A stretch of 64,000 bases of DNA from a bacterium (GTDB taxonomy: Bacteria; Patescibacteriota; Andersenbacteria; UBA10190), in contig JAUYKA010000008.1 of the NCBI GenBank assembly GCA_030698495.1, positions 78,895-142,894 of the forward strand, in the 5' to 3' direction. The position numbers were made by a program, and so were the translations under genes. Each line of letters opens with the position of its first letter. Position 1 is the first letter of the stretch. The notes under the pieces are model-generated. The model searched no databases and was not told the origin of the DNA. It saw nothing but the letters and a program-made list of their open reading frames with translations. Shown here piece after piece: positions 28,170-38,127 of this stretch.

Positions 28170-28979
28170 ATGTCTAAGCTATCAATTATAATCGTTAATT
28201 ATAACACCGGCGCTCTGACACATTCCTGTGTGGAGTCTTTGTTGGCAGACAAGCTACCGGCGGGGACAGAAATTATTGTGGTTGATAATGCTTCGTCGGA
28301 TGAGAGTGTATCGTTTTTACGTTCGGATTTTCCGGAAATAAGAGTAATTGTAAATCATAAAAATAAGGGTTTGGCTTACGGGGTGAATCGCGGTATCGCG
28401 GCGGCCAACGGTAAATATTATTTGTTTTTGAATCCGGACATTATCGCTCTGCCAGGCGGAGTGGGGACGTTAGTCGATTTTATGGATAGGAATCAAAAAG
28501 TTGGCGTGGCGGGAGGAAAACTATTGTCGCCAAACGGCAAGCTGCAGTACTCGACTTTCCGTTTTTACACGCCGCGGACAATATTGTCGCGGCGCACCTG
28601 GCTGGGACAGACAAAGCGGGGACAAGAGATTGAGGATACCTTCCTGATGAAAGATTTTGATCACGAGAGCGTGCGCGATGTGCAGTGGTTGATGGGGTCT
28701 TGTTTGATGGTGAGAGCCGAAGCGGTACGCGCGGTCGGCGGCATGGATGAGCGCTTCTTTTTGTATTTCGAGGATGTGGATTGGTGCCGGCGTTTTTGGG
28801 AGACAGGCTGGCGGGTAACTTACGTGCCGCAGGCTAACTTTTCTCATTTCCATCAGCAGAGTAGTCGGCAAAATTCCTTGTTTGGCATTATTATTAATTG
28901 GTCGACCAGGGAGCATATCTGGTCGGCAATTAAATATTTTTGGAAATACCGGGGAAAAGAGATACCGGGCGTTGATTAG
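28170..28979 (+). CDS. glycosyltransferase family 2
   Basis: 269 aa; SIIIVNYNTG ... VDNASSDES ... NPD motif. Confidence 0.7.
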   Translation: MSKLSIIIVNYNTGALTHSCVESLLADKLPAGTEIIVVDNASSDESVSFLRSDFPEIRVIVNHKNKGLAYGVNRGIAAANGKYYLFLNPDIIALPGGVGTLVDFMDRNQKVGVAGGKLLSPNGKLQYSTFRFYTPRTILSRRTWLGQTKRGQEIEDTFLMKDFDHESVRDVQWLMGSCLMVRAEAVRAVGGMDERFFLYFEDVDWCRRFWETGWRVTYVPQANFSHFHQQSSRQNSLFGIIINWSTREHIWSAIKYFWKYRGKEIPGVD

Positions 28980-29145
28980 ATAAGATTGGCATTGTGAAAA
29001 GTAAAATTTGGTTAGAGATGTGATGTTTTGCTCAAATTCCAAAATCCAAATAACAAATTTCAAATAAAAACCCAAATGTCCAATTACAAATTTATATAAA
29101 TTATAGAATATATAAGGTGGTTTTAAATGAGTTATAATATCGGAC

Positions 29146-29844
29146 ATGGTGAATAGTGCATTACCAACGATAAGGATTGAAAACTTCGAAGGCCCTTTTG
29201 ATTTATTATTGGAGCTGGCGCGTGTTAAAAAAATAGATTTGGCGCGGGTGTCGCTGATGAACGTAACAAATGATTTTTTGGCATATATAGACAGTAATCG
29301 CATCAGTCCGGCACTGCAGGCGGATTGGTTGGTGGTGGCGGCAACGTTATTGTTATTAAAATTGAAACAAGTTCTGCCCGATTTAACTGAAGAGGAGGAA
29401 GAAGAAATTGCCGAGCTGTCCGACAGGTTAAAAATTTATCAACTGTATAGAACCCAGGCTGAATGGCAGAGGGAACGCTGGAATAAGCATTGTTTGTTGC
29501 CAGGGCCGGAAAAATTAAAATGGCTGCAGAACATGGAGTGGCCGGATATGAGTGCGAACCAACTACAGCAAATTTATATGGCTTTGGTCGCTCGGATAAA
29601 GTTGCCGCCCGAACCGGTAAGACATTTGCGCCGACGGGGACGGACACTGAATGAATGCCTGCGCCTGCTGGGAGAAAGACTGAAGCGATTAGGTAAATTT
29701 ACTTTTACGGAAGTGGTTGACCGACAGGGTCGCGACACGGCGGCAGTATCCTTATTGGCCATACTAGAGATGGCCAGAACCGAGCAGATTGACTTGAGTC
29801 AGGACGATTTGTTTGGTGAAATTATTATTGAAGCCAGGGGATGA
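29146..29844 (+). CDS. scpA: segregation and condensation protein A
   Basis: IENFEGPFDLLLELARVKKIDLARVSL N-terminal signature of ScpA. Confidence 0.75.
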   Translation: MVNSALPTIRIENFEGPFDLLLELARVKKIDLARVSLMNVTNDFLAYIDSNRISPALQADWLVVAATLLLLKLKQVLPDLTEEEEEEIAELSDRLKIYQLYRTQAEWQRERWNKHCLLPGPEKLKWLQNMEWPDMSANQLQQIYMALVARIKLPPEPVRHLRRRGRTLNECLRLLGERLKRLGKFTFTEVVDRQGRDTAAVSLLAILEMARTEQIDLSQDDLFGEIIIEARG

Positions 29845-30368
29845 GAGAAGAAGCGCAAAAAATTGAGGCGTTGCTTTTTTTGGCGGGGGAGGCGGTAGCC
29901 AAAAGCGAATTAGCGCGGCTGATAAGCTGTCCCACAGATGAGGTTAATAAATTCTTGACGGAAATTCAAGAAGAGCTCATAAAGACGGGGCTGGCTTTGA
30001 CGTTAACCGATACACATGCGCAGTTGACTACCAACCCCGCGGTGTCTGATTGGTTAAATCAGTATTTACACGATGAAGCGCAGGATATATCGGGGGCGGC
30101 GGCGGAAACACTGGCGATTATCGCTTACCGCGGTCCGATTACGCGCGTGGATATTGACGCCATAAGAGGCGTGGACAACCGCCGCATGATTAGGCAGCTT
30201 CTGGCGCGCGGATTAGTGAGACGATCGGGCTTGGCTGGGCAGGCGCCGAAATATGTGATAACGGAAGAATTCTTGCAGAGGCTGGGCGTAACCGCCACTA
30301 ATCAACTGCCGGATTACGATCGCCTGTCCAGCGAGGAGAAAATTGAAAAATTTTTAACTAAGGAATAA
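29841..30368 (+). CDS. scpB: segregation and condensation protein B
   Basis: EALLFLAGEAVAKSELARL ... two winged-helix repeats; ATGA overlap with scpA. Confidence 0.7.
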   Translation: MREEAQKIEALLFLAGEAVAKSELARLISCPTDEVNKFLTEIQEELIKTGLALTLTDTHAQLTTNPAVSDWLNQYLHDEAQDISGAAAETLAIIAYRGPITRVDIDAIRGVDNRRMIRQLLARGLVRRSGLAGQAPKYVITEEFLQRLGVTATNQLPDYDRLSSEEKIEKFLTKE

Positions 30369-30370
30369 AA

Positions 30371-31270
30371 GTGATGGGTATTTTTGAAGCGGCGTGGCTG
30401 GGTCTGGCGTGCTTGATGGTACAGGCGCCAGTAGCGGCGTGTCTGTCAGTAGACGCTCCGGCGGGACCAGCGACGGAGCAAATTAAAACCGGGGGACCGG
30501 AATTCACGGGCGAGGCGGTAGATGTGGTGTTGTCCGCGCAAGCGGCGTTGGTTTGGGATCTGACTTCCGGTGATATTTTATATCAAAAGAACGCTAATAC
30601 GCGTCGGCCGATTGCCAGTTTAAGTAAATTACTTTCGGCGCTTACTATTAGACGCAGTTTGTCTTTGGACGATGAAGTTGAAATAAGTCGGTCGGTTTTG
30701 GTGGCGCAGAGAATGGGGGCTAATATATCAGTGCCGGTGGGTGAGCACGTCAGGGTAGATGATTTGCTAGCCGCGAGTATGATTGCGTCAGCCAATGATA
30801 CTATAGTAGCCTTGGCGGACGCGGTTGCCGGTTCGGAAGACGATTTTGTCCAACAGGCCAACGTGTTGGCACCGCAGTTGGGGGCCAATAATACCAGGCT
30901 GGCGAATGCGACGGGTTTGACTGGCGGAGAACAATATTCAACCGCATTTGATGTGAGACGTCTTTTAACGTTGGCTTATAATGATCCTGTGTTGGGAGGA
31001 TATTTGGCTCGCGCCGGGGGGACACTAACAACAAGAGAAGGAACTCATCGGTCGTATGAATCGACCAATAAATTACTAAAGACGTATGTGCCTATTTTAG
31101 CGGCTAAAACCGGTTATACAGTTGAAGCGGGAGAAAACTTGGCCATTATTACTCAAGGAGGTTCCGACCAAAAAATAGGGGCGGTGATACTGGGAAGTGA
31201 GGATAGATTTCAAGACATGAAAGTCCTGGTAGAATGGATTTGGCGGAATTATTCTTGGGAGAAGTTATAG
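30371..31270 (+). CDS. serine-type D-Ala-D-Ala carboxypeptidase (PBP5/6-like, S11)
   Basis: Signal peptide; SLSKL (SxxK), SAN(D) and KTG motifs all present in order. Confidence 0.75.
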   Translation: MMGIFEAAWLGLACLMVQAPVAACLSVDAPAGPATEQIKTGGPEFTGEAVDVVLSAQAALVWDLTSGDILYQKNANTRRPIASLSKLLSALTIRRSLSLDDEVEISRSVLVAQRMGANISVPVGEHVRVDDLLAASMIASANDTIVALADAVAGSEDDFVQQANVLAPQLGANNTRLANATGLTGGEQYSTAFDVRRLLTLAYNDPVLGGYLARAGGTLTTREGTHRSYESTNKLLKTYVPILAAKTGYTVEAGENLAIITQGGSDQKIGAVILGSEDRFQDMKVLVEWIWRNYSWEKL

Positions 31271-31451
31271 CTTAATGACAAAGTTCAAATGTCAAATGAC
31301 AAATTAAATCCAAAAATTTAAACGTCAAAAGATTCGTTTTTTGATATTTGTAATTTGACATTTGGATTTTGAAATTATTTGTATTTAGCTTATGGATGGC
31401 TTGAATGGCATAGTAGGAGCTGGAGTATAATTATTCGGGTATTATATAATT

Positions 31452-32534
31452 ATGTTTCAAATTAGTTTTGCGGAACCGGAGCTGGTGATTAACGTAACGC
31501 GCGTGGTAGTTATAGCCACCTTGACTTTTATTGCCGCTTTCGCGTTAACCCCCCTGTTGACACATTTCTTATATAAATACCGGTTTGGTAAAAGTATCAG
31601 GCAATCCGCGGCCACGCCCATTTATTCAAAAATGCACGCGGCGAAGGCTGGCACGCCCGTTGGCGGCGGCATAATTATTTGGGGAACGGTACTGCTATTG
31701 GCTTTGCTATTCTGGCTACTGGATGCGCTGGGGATGCCCCACGCGGGCGCTCTTAATTTTTTAACAAGGCCGCAAACTCTGTTACCGATGGGGGCGTTGG
31801 TAGCATCGGCTTTAGTGGGGCTTATTGATGACTACTTAAACGTAAGGAAGATCGGTCGTGTCGCGGGCGGCGGTTTAAATATGAGTCAGCGATTATTGCT
31901 GTATACCATTGTGGCGTCGTTTGGAGCTTATTGGTTTTTCTTCAAACTTGATTGGAGCTTAATTCACGTGCCAGCGGTGGGCGATTTTGAAATCGGCTGG
32001 TGGTATGTGCCTTTGTTTATGCTGGTGATAGTGGCAACGGCTTTTTCCGTTAATGAATCTGATGGATTGGACGGGCTGGCCGGTGGTATATTAATGTTTT
32101 CTTTCGGAGCGTATACCGCGTTGGCATTTGCGATTGGGCGGATTGAACTGGCTATGTTCTGTGCGGCGATAGTGGGAGCTTTGCTGGCTTTTTTGTGGTT
32201 TAATGTGTATCCGGCTCGATTTTTTATGGGCGACACGGGAGCGATGAGTTTGGGAACCACGCTGGGAATAATAGCGATGCTGACCAACTCGGCGCTGGTT
32301 CTGCCGATTATAGCTTTTCCCCTGGTGTTGGAATCGGTTTCGGTAATTATTCAAGTGACGGCGAGAAAAGTATTTAAACGGAAGGTATTTTTATCGGCGC
32401 CGATTCATCATCATTTTGAAGCCAAGGGTTGGCCGGAAACCAAGGTAACTATGCGTTTTTGGATTGTAGCGGCAGTATCGGCCGGAGTTGGCCTGGTAAT
32501 CGCGCTTTTGGGGCAAGGGGTGGTAGGGAAATAG
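31452..32534 (+). CDS. mraY: phospho-N-acetylmuramoyl-pentapeptide transferase
   Basis: 360 aa polytopic; typical MraY blocks (NAVNLTDGLDGLA-like SVNESDGLDGLAGG, HHHFE). Confidence 0.85.
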   Translation: MFQISFAEPELVINVTRVVVIATLTFIAAFALTPLLTHFLYKYRFGKSIRQSAATPIYSKMHAAKAGTPVGGGIIIWGTVLLLALLFWLLDALGMPHAGALNFLTRPQTLLPMGALVASALVGLIDDYLNVRKIGRVAGGGLNMSQRLLLYTIVASFGAYWFFFKLDWSLIHVPAVGDFEIGWWYVPLFMLVIVATAFSVNESDGLDGLAGGILMFSFGAYTALAFAIGRIELAMFCAAIVGALLAFLWFNVYPARFFMGDTGAMSLGTTLGIIAMLTNSALVLPIIAFPLVLESVSVIIQVTARKVFKRKVFLSAPIHHHFEAKGWPETKVTMRFWIVAAVSAGVGLVIALLGQGVVGK

Positions 32535-32611
32535 ATGGTTTCGCAAGTTGAATCGATAAGTCAATCCGTTTTGACTTTTTGATATATTAAAACCTGGGAA
32601 AAGCTATATAA

Positions 32612-34024
32612 ATGCACCACAATGGAACAATGGAGCTGAAAAATAAGAGAATAACCGTGATGGGTATAGGCAGCCATGGCGGGGGCGTAGGAAATATCAA
32701 GTGGTTGCACCAGCAAGGAGCGATTTTGACTGTAACAGATTTACGTTTAGAGGGAGAGCTGCGAGAGTCACTGGAAGAAATCGGCCTGTTGCCTGATATC
32801 AACTGGGTTTTAGGAGAGCATCGGGAAGATGACTTTACGAACGCGGATATGGTTTTGCGAAACCCGGCTGTGCCGAAGAATTCTCCGTATCTTGAGATCG
32901 CGCGCAAGTCTCATGTGCCGGTAGAGATGGACAGTAGTTTGTTTTTGAAGTTGTCACCGACCGATAATATATTCGGTGTGACCGGCTCTAAGGGTAAATC
33001 AACAACTGTTCATGTTCTGGCTAGTCTAATGAGCTTAAAGTATGCCAAGGTGGCGGCGATAGGTATTGAGGGTTCGTCGCCTTTGGCGGCGCTAACGGGA
33101 TTAACAGCGCGAGATCTAGTAGTGTTTGAATTGTCGAGTTGGAGACTGGAAGGATTAGCCGAGTGGGAATTGAGCCCGGCAACGGCGATTGTAACGTCGC
33201 TATATCGGGATCACTTAAACACATACGACTCTTTTGACGAGTACGTTGAGACAAAAAAAGCTATTGTACGCCACCAGACAATAGACGATTTGGCAATGTT
33301 GAATTTTGATGATGGCCTGATCCGACGTTGGCCGGCAGATATTCCCAGCCGAATAGCCTGGTACAGCTTGGGGATGAATATCCCTGGCGATGGCATCGGG
33401 ATTCATCGCGGGATGGTAACTATTTTTCAAAATCGAGGTAATATTCCTTTGTTTCCAGTTGAAGCGATACCTTTTTCTAGTGATCATGAGATTCGTAATG
33501 CCTTGCCGGCAATTTATTTCTCTTTTTGCAGCGGGGTCAGAGTCAGTTCGATCCGACTACGGCTAGAAAACATTAAAACTTTGGCCCACCGCATGGAAAC
33601 AGTTAGGGTTATTAATAATGTTACTTATATTAACGATTCAGCGGCGACTATTCCGGACGCGACTATAGCCGCTATAAAGTCGTTGAGTGAGCGTCATCTT
33701 GTTTTGATTTTAGGAGGAAGCGACAAGCGGTTGAATTTTGATAATTTATGCGAGGTAATAAGGGAAGCCAGAATTAGAGGACTAGTTTTTTTACCCGGCA
33801 GTGCGACGGATAGGATGTTAAAGGAAGTTGCGTCGGCTTGGCGCCATCCGCCGGAAATTCACGAGGCTGGCAGTATGGCAGAGGCGGTGAAGACAGCCGT
33901 TAAAATAGTCAAGTCGGATGACGTAGTGTTGATGTCGCCGGCGGCGGCCAGTTTTGGTTTGTTTAAGAATGAATTTGACCGCGGACGGCAGTTTAAAGAA
34001 GCGGTGATGGAATTGTTGGCATAG
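32612..34024 (+). CDS. murD: UDP-N-acetylmuramoylalanine--D-glutamate ligase
   Basis: GVTGSKGKSTT P-loop, Mur ligase three-domain layout, position between mraY and ftsW. Confidence 0.8.
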   Translation: MHHNGTMELKNKRITVMGIGSHGGGVGNIKWLHQQGAILTVTDLRLEGELRESLEEIGLLPDINWVLGEHREDDFTNADMVLRNPAVPKNSPYLEIARKSHVPVEMDSSLFLKLSPTDNIFGVTGSKGKSTTVHVLASLMSLKYAKVAAIGIEGSSPLAALTGLTARDLVVFELSSWRLEGLAEWELSPATAIVTSLYRDHLNTYDSFDEYVETKKAIVRHQTIDDLAMLNFDDGLIRRWPADIPSRIAWYSLGMNIPGDGIGIHRGMVTIFQNRGNIPLFPVEAIPFSSDHEIRNALPAIYFSFCSGVRVSSIRLRLENIKTLAHRMETVRVINNVTYINDSAATIPDATIAAIKSLSERHLVLILGGSDKRLNFDNLCEVIREARIRGLVFLPGSATDRMLKEVASAWRHPPEIHEAGSMAEAVKTAVKIVKSDDVVLMSPAAASFGLFKNEFDRGRQFKEAVMELLA

Positions 34025-34229
34025 ATTGAGCTGTGGTTGTAAAGAATATTAACTCTTGATGATTTTTTTGTGTTTATATGAATAGAATAATTTTCAATTA
34101 TTAATTTCCAATTTTCAAACCTTTACGCCACCTGCTAAGAGTTACGCTGTTGTACGTAACATTTGGAAATTGGGTAATTGGGATTTAAATGGAAATTGGA
34201 AATTGATTAATTTGGTATAGAATGTCTTT

Positions 34230-35342
34230 ATGTCTCAAGACGCACCGCCACGCCGAGGAGTTGATCCAATTCTACTTTTATGTATTGTCGGGCTGACTTT
34301 ATTCGGCTTGATGATGGTGATGTCGGCGTCGTCAGTGCTGGGAGAAAAACTGTATGGGGATGCTTATTATTATTTTAAGCATCAGATAACATTCGGCGGG
34401 CTATTCGGTTTGGTGGCTTTTTTAATCGGTATCTTTGTGCCTTATCAACAGTGGCGCTGGGTGGCCTTGCCTGGTATGCTGGTGGCGCTGGCGTTGTTGG
34501 TGCTGGTCTTTTTCCCAGCGTTTAGCGTTTCTTCCGGCGGAGCATCGCGCTGGATTGCTCTTGGTCCCATTACCGTTCAGCCAACGGAAATTACCAAATT
34601 AGCTTTTATTTTATATCTGGCGGCATTACTGGAAACTAAAGGAGCCGATCTGCATAATTGGCGCAAAGGGATAGTGCCGTTTTTGGTAATAATGACGGTG
34701 GTAGCAATATTAATAGTTCTGCAGCCTGATATTGGTACCTTGTTCAGTATTATTATCGTGGCCGGAGCGATGATTTTCGCAGCTGGTATAAAGATGAGTC
34801 ATTTAATAGCATTGTTCGGATTGGGCGTGACGGTTTTTTTGGTATTGGTTAATACCGCCAGCTATCGTTTAAACAGAATCATCGTCTATTTGCATCCGGA
34901 GCTGGATCCCCAAGGGGTGGGGTATCAAATTAATCAGGCACTGATGGCTGTCAGTACCGGCGGGTGGTGGGGGCTGGGACTGGGGCGCAGTCGGCAGAAA
35001 TATCAATATTTGCCGGAGCCGGCCGGTGATTCAATATTTGCCGTTGCGGCGGAAGAGCTGGGACTGGTTAGAACGTCTTTGTTGTTGTTGGTGTTCGCTA
35101 TTATCGGCTATCGTGGTTTTTCGGCTGCGAGACGGGCGCCTGATATGTTCGGCAGACTGGTGGCAATTGGTATTACAACATGGATTATCAGTCAGGCTTT
35201 TATTAATATCGGATCAATTATGGCGGTAACGCCGTTGACGGGCATCCCTTTGCCATTTATCAGCTACGGCGGATCGGCGTTGGTAATGCTGCTGCTGGCA
35301 GCGGGGATATTGCTTAATATATCGCGATACGCGCAGGAATAA
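34230..35342 (+). CDS. ftsW: SEDS-family peptidoglycan glycosyltransferase FtsW/RodA
   Basis: 370 aa polytopic; FtsW/RodA conserved blocks; dcw synteny. Confidence 0.8.
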   Translation: MSQDAPPRRGVDPILLLCIVGLTLFGLMMVMSASSVLGEKLYGDAYYYFKHQITFGGLFGLVAFLIGIFVPYQQWRWVALPGMLVALALLVLVFFPAFSVSSGGASRWIALGPITVQPTEITKLAFILYLAALLETKGADLHNWRKGIVPFLVIMTVVAILIVLQPDIGTLFSIIIVAGAMIFAAGIKMSHLIALFGLGVTVFLVLVNTASYRLNRIIVYLHPELDPQGVGYQINQALMAVSTGGWWGLGLGRSRQKYQYLPEPAGDSIFAVAAEELGLVRTSLLLLVFAIIGYRGFSAARRAPDMFGRLVAIGITTWIISQAFINIGSIMAVTPLTGIPLPFISYGGSALVMLLLAAGILLNISRYAQE

Positions 35343-35356
35343 GGTAATATTCAAAC

Positions 35357-36529
35357 ATGAGAATAGTGCTTACAGGCGGGGGGACGGGCGGTCATATTAT
35401 TCCTTTTGAGCCGATTATTGAGGCGCTGCGGACGGAATTTTTGGAGCAGAGAAAAACGTGGCCAAAACACTTGGAGCCGCAAGTGTTATCGTTGACTTTT
35501 TTGGGGGTGGCAGATGCAGAAATAAGAGAGTTTTTTGCCAGTTATGACGTGCCGGTGAAAAATATTCCATCAGGAAAACTACGCCGGTATGCTTCGGTGT
35601 TGACGCTGTTTGACATTCTGGCGCGCTTGCCCGCAGGAATAGTTATGGCATTGTTGGCGGTCTGGCACATTATGCCGGATGCGGTTATAAGCAAGGGCGG
35701 TTTTGGCAGTGTGCCGGTTGTGCTGGCAGCTTGGTTTTTCCGTATTCCAATTCTACTGCACGAATCGGATAGCGTGCCGGGTTTGGCAAATCGGTTTTTA
35801 GCCAGTATATGCACCGTGGTGGCGGTGGGGTTCGAAGAGACAAAAAAATCGATGCCTCGCTTTAAAAATAAAATATTAGTAACAGGAACACCGGTGCGGG
35901 CAAGTTTTGGTTTGACTAATAAAGAGGCGGCGAAGCGTTCTTTTGGGCTGGCCGCGAATGAGCTGGTGGTTTTGGTGATGGGGGGAAGCCAGGGGGCACA
36001 ACAAATTAACGAGGTGCTACTGAAAGAGCTGCCGAAACTGGTTACGGAAGCGGGAATTATTCATGTTACCGGAGCCGATAACTTTGATACGGTAACGGCG
36101 GTGGCGCGTGATTTGTTGGCGGCTTCAAGCGGCGCGGCTAATTACAAAGCGTATCCTTATTTACGGGAAAAAATAAGTGAGGCCTTTGCGGCGTCGGATG
36201 TGATTGTAAGCAGGGCGGGAGCGACAACTATGGCAGAAATTGCGCGGGTACGAGCGCCAAGTCTACTGATTCCTTTGGCCTCGGCGGCAGGAAATCATCA
36301 ACGGAAAAACGCGCAGATATTCGAGCGGGCAGGAGCGGCGAGGGTGCTAGAGGCATCTAACTTAACGGCTAATTTGTTTGCTCACAGTTTGCGAGAGTTA
36401 ATGTATGATAAGCAGGTAAGACAAGTATTGATTACTAATTTGGCGGCATTTGACCGCCCGGATGCGGCGATGATGATAGGGAACACGATATTTAAGATGG
36501 CGAGTGGTTATGCGATTGATCAAAGGTGA
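35357..36529 (+). CDS. murG: UDP-GlcNAc:lipid I GlcNAc transferase MurG
   Basis: MRIVLTGGGTGGHIIP N-terminal G-loop; GT28 layout; dcw synteny. Confidence 0.8.
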   Translation: MRIVLTGGGTGGHIIPFEPIIEALRTEFLEQRKTWPKHLEPQVLSLTFLGVADAEIREFFASYDVPVKNIPSGKLRRYASVLTLFDILARLPAGIVMALLAVWHIMPDAVISKGGFGSVPVVLAAWFFRIPILLHESDSVPGLANRFLASICTVVAVGFEETKKSMPRFKNKILVTGTPVRASFGLTNKEAAKRSFGLAANELVVLVMGGSQGAQQINEVLLKELPKLVTEAGIIHVTGADNFDTVTAVARDLLAASSGAANYKAYPYLREKISEAFAASDVIVSRAGATTMAEIARVRAPSLLIPLASAAGNHQRKNAQIFERAGAARVLEASNLTANLFAHSLRELMYDKQVRQVLITNLAAFDRPDAAMMIGNTIFKMASGYAIDQR

Positions 36530-36577
36530 ATCGCATAATTATTCAGTCATTTTTTTAAATTTACTGGGCTTGGTTCC

Positions 36578-37888
36578 ATGAATGATAATGAGGAAATAAT
36601 CGACTGGCTGAAAAATTCGAAAACGGTGGTGATGCTGGGTATTGGCGGCGTGGGTATGAGGGCGCTGGCGGCGTGGCTTAAGGCGAATGGCAAGACGGTT
36701 ATCGGCGCTGATGTTGATTGGAACTTTATTAAAGACGATCAGCGGGTGGAAGCGTATAAGTTGTGGCCGGAGGACGAAATAGCAAGGCACTGGCAGAAAG
36801 CGGAACTGGTGATTTGTTCAGATGCCATACCGCAACAACATCCACTGCGAGCGGTAGCAGTCAAAGAAGAAAAGACGGTGCTGTCTTACGCGCAGGCGCT
36901 GGGAGCGATTAGTCGGCAATATTTCACGATTGCCATAGCGGGAACGCATGGCAAGTCATCAACAACGGCGCTGTTAGCGAATATTTTTATTGATGCCGGA
37001 TTAGACCCAACCGTAATAGTCGGAGCGAGCGTGCCGGGTTGGCCGCAAGGAAATGCCCGAATAGGTCAGGGGAAATATCTGATTGCGGAAGCAGATGAGT
37101 ATATGAATCATTTTTTGGAGCTGGCGCCAAGAATGATAGTGCTGACATCGATTGATTTTGATCATCCGGACTGGTTTAATTCGGTAGATGATGTGGCGGA
37201 CAGTATGAGAAAATTTACTGGCCTATTGCCAGGGGGCGGCAAGTTGATTATTGGCGGTGACGTATGGGATAAGTATGGTGATAAGCTGGGAAAGAGAGAG
37301 TTGGCGACGGTAGTTTCTTGGCCACAGGCACATCTTGATTTGCAATTAACAGGTGAGCACATGCAGCGTAATGCTTGGCTGGCGATTACCGCAGCGAAGG
37401 AATTCACCGTAGCGGAAGATAAGGCGCGGCGAGCGGTGGAAAAGTTTGCCGGATTGGGCCGGCGACTGGAAACTATCGGGTACTGGCAAGGAATGGAAAT
37501 AATAAGTGATTACGGACACCATCCGCGGGAGCTGGAGGCAACTTGGCAAGGATTTAACGAAGCTCATAGCTATAAAAAAGTCTTGGTTGTTTTCGAACCG
37601 CATACGGCTGAAAGACTGACATCTTTTTTTAATGATTTTGTGCGTGTGCTGGCCGATATGTCCGCCGGAGTTTTGATTACACCGGTTTATCAGGCAAGAG
37701 AAACAAGCGGGCAAGGCAAAACCAGCCGAGATTTATATGAGAAGTTGCGAGGGGTAAAAAAAGATGTGCGGCTGTTGAAAGACTGGGAGAAGCTGCCGGA
37801 TACACTAAAGCAGTTGGCTGGTGATTACGATATATTATTGGCTTTCACGGCAGGCAAACTGGATCAGAAATTGAGAAAGTTGAAATAG
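36578..37888 (+). CDS. murC: UDP-N-acetylmuramate--L-alanine ligase
   Basis: AIAGTHGKSSTT P-loop; follows murG. Confidence 0.8.
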   Translation: MNDNEEIIDWLKNSKTVVMLGIGGVGMRALAAWLKANGKTVIGADVDWNFIKDDQRVEAYKLWPEDEIARHWQKAELVICSDAIPQQHPLRAVAVKEEKTVLSYAQALGAISRQYFTIAIAGTHGKSSTTALLANIFIDAGLDPTVIVGASVPGWPQGNARIGQGKYLIAEADEYMNHFLELAPRMIVLTSIDFDHPDWFNSVDDVADSMRKFTGLLPGGGKLIIGGDVWDKYGDKLGKRELATVVSWPQAHLDLQLTGEHMQRNAWLAITAAKEFTVAEDKARRAVEKFAGLGRRLETIGYWQGMEIISDYGHHPRELEATWQGFNEAHSYKKVLVVFEPHTAERLTSFFNDFVRVLADMSAGVLITPVYQARETSGQGKTSRDLYEKLRGVKKDVRLLKDWEKLPDTLKQLAGDYDILLAFTAGKLDQKLRKLK

Positions 37889-38031
37889 GGTGATTATCTG
37901 GTTGTTTTCTGCCACCCGAAAACGCCGTAGGCTGGTTTCATTTTGTCTGATTTTATTAACATTTTTTACTACTGAACCCTGGACAGATTCGGTGTAAGGG
38001 AATAAATTGGTTTGTTGGCAAGTCATCATAG

Positions 38032-38060
38032 TTGACTTTTAGTCAATGATTTGTTATACT
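38032..38060 (+). promoter_or_regulatory. sigma-70-like promoter TTGACT-17-TATACT
   Basis: TTGACT 38032-38037, 17-nt spacer, TATACT 38055-38060, about 65 nt upstream of ATG 38128. Confidence 0.4.
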
Positions 38061-38127
38061 ATTAAAAGCCTTTACAAATAGCCTACTTATGTTATACATG
38101 TAGGTTACTAATAAACACCACCGTAAT

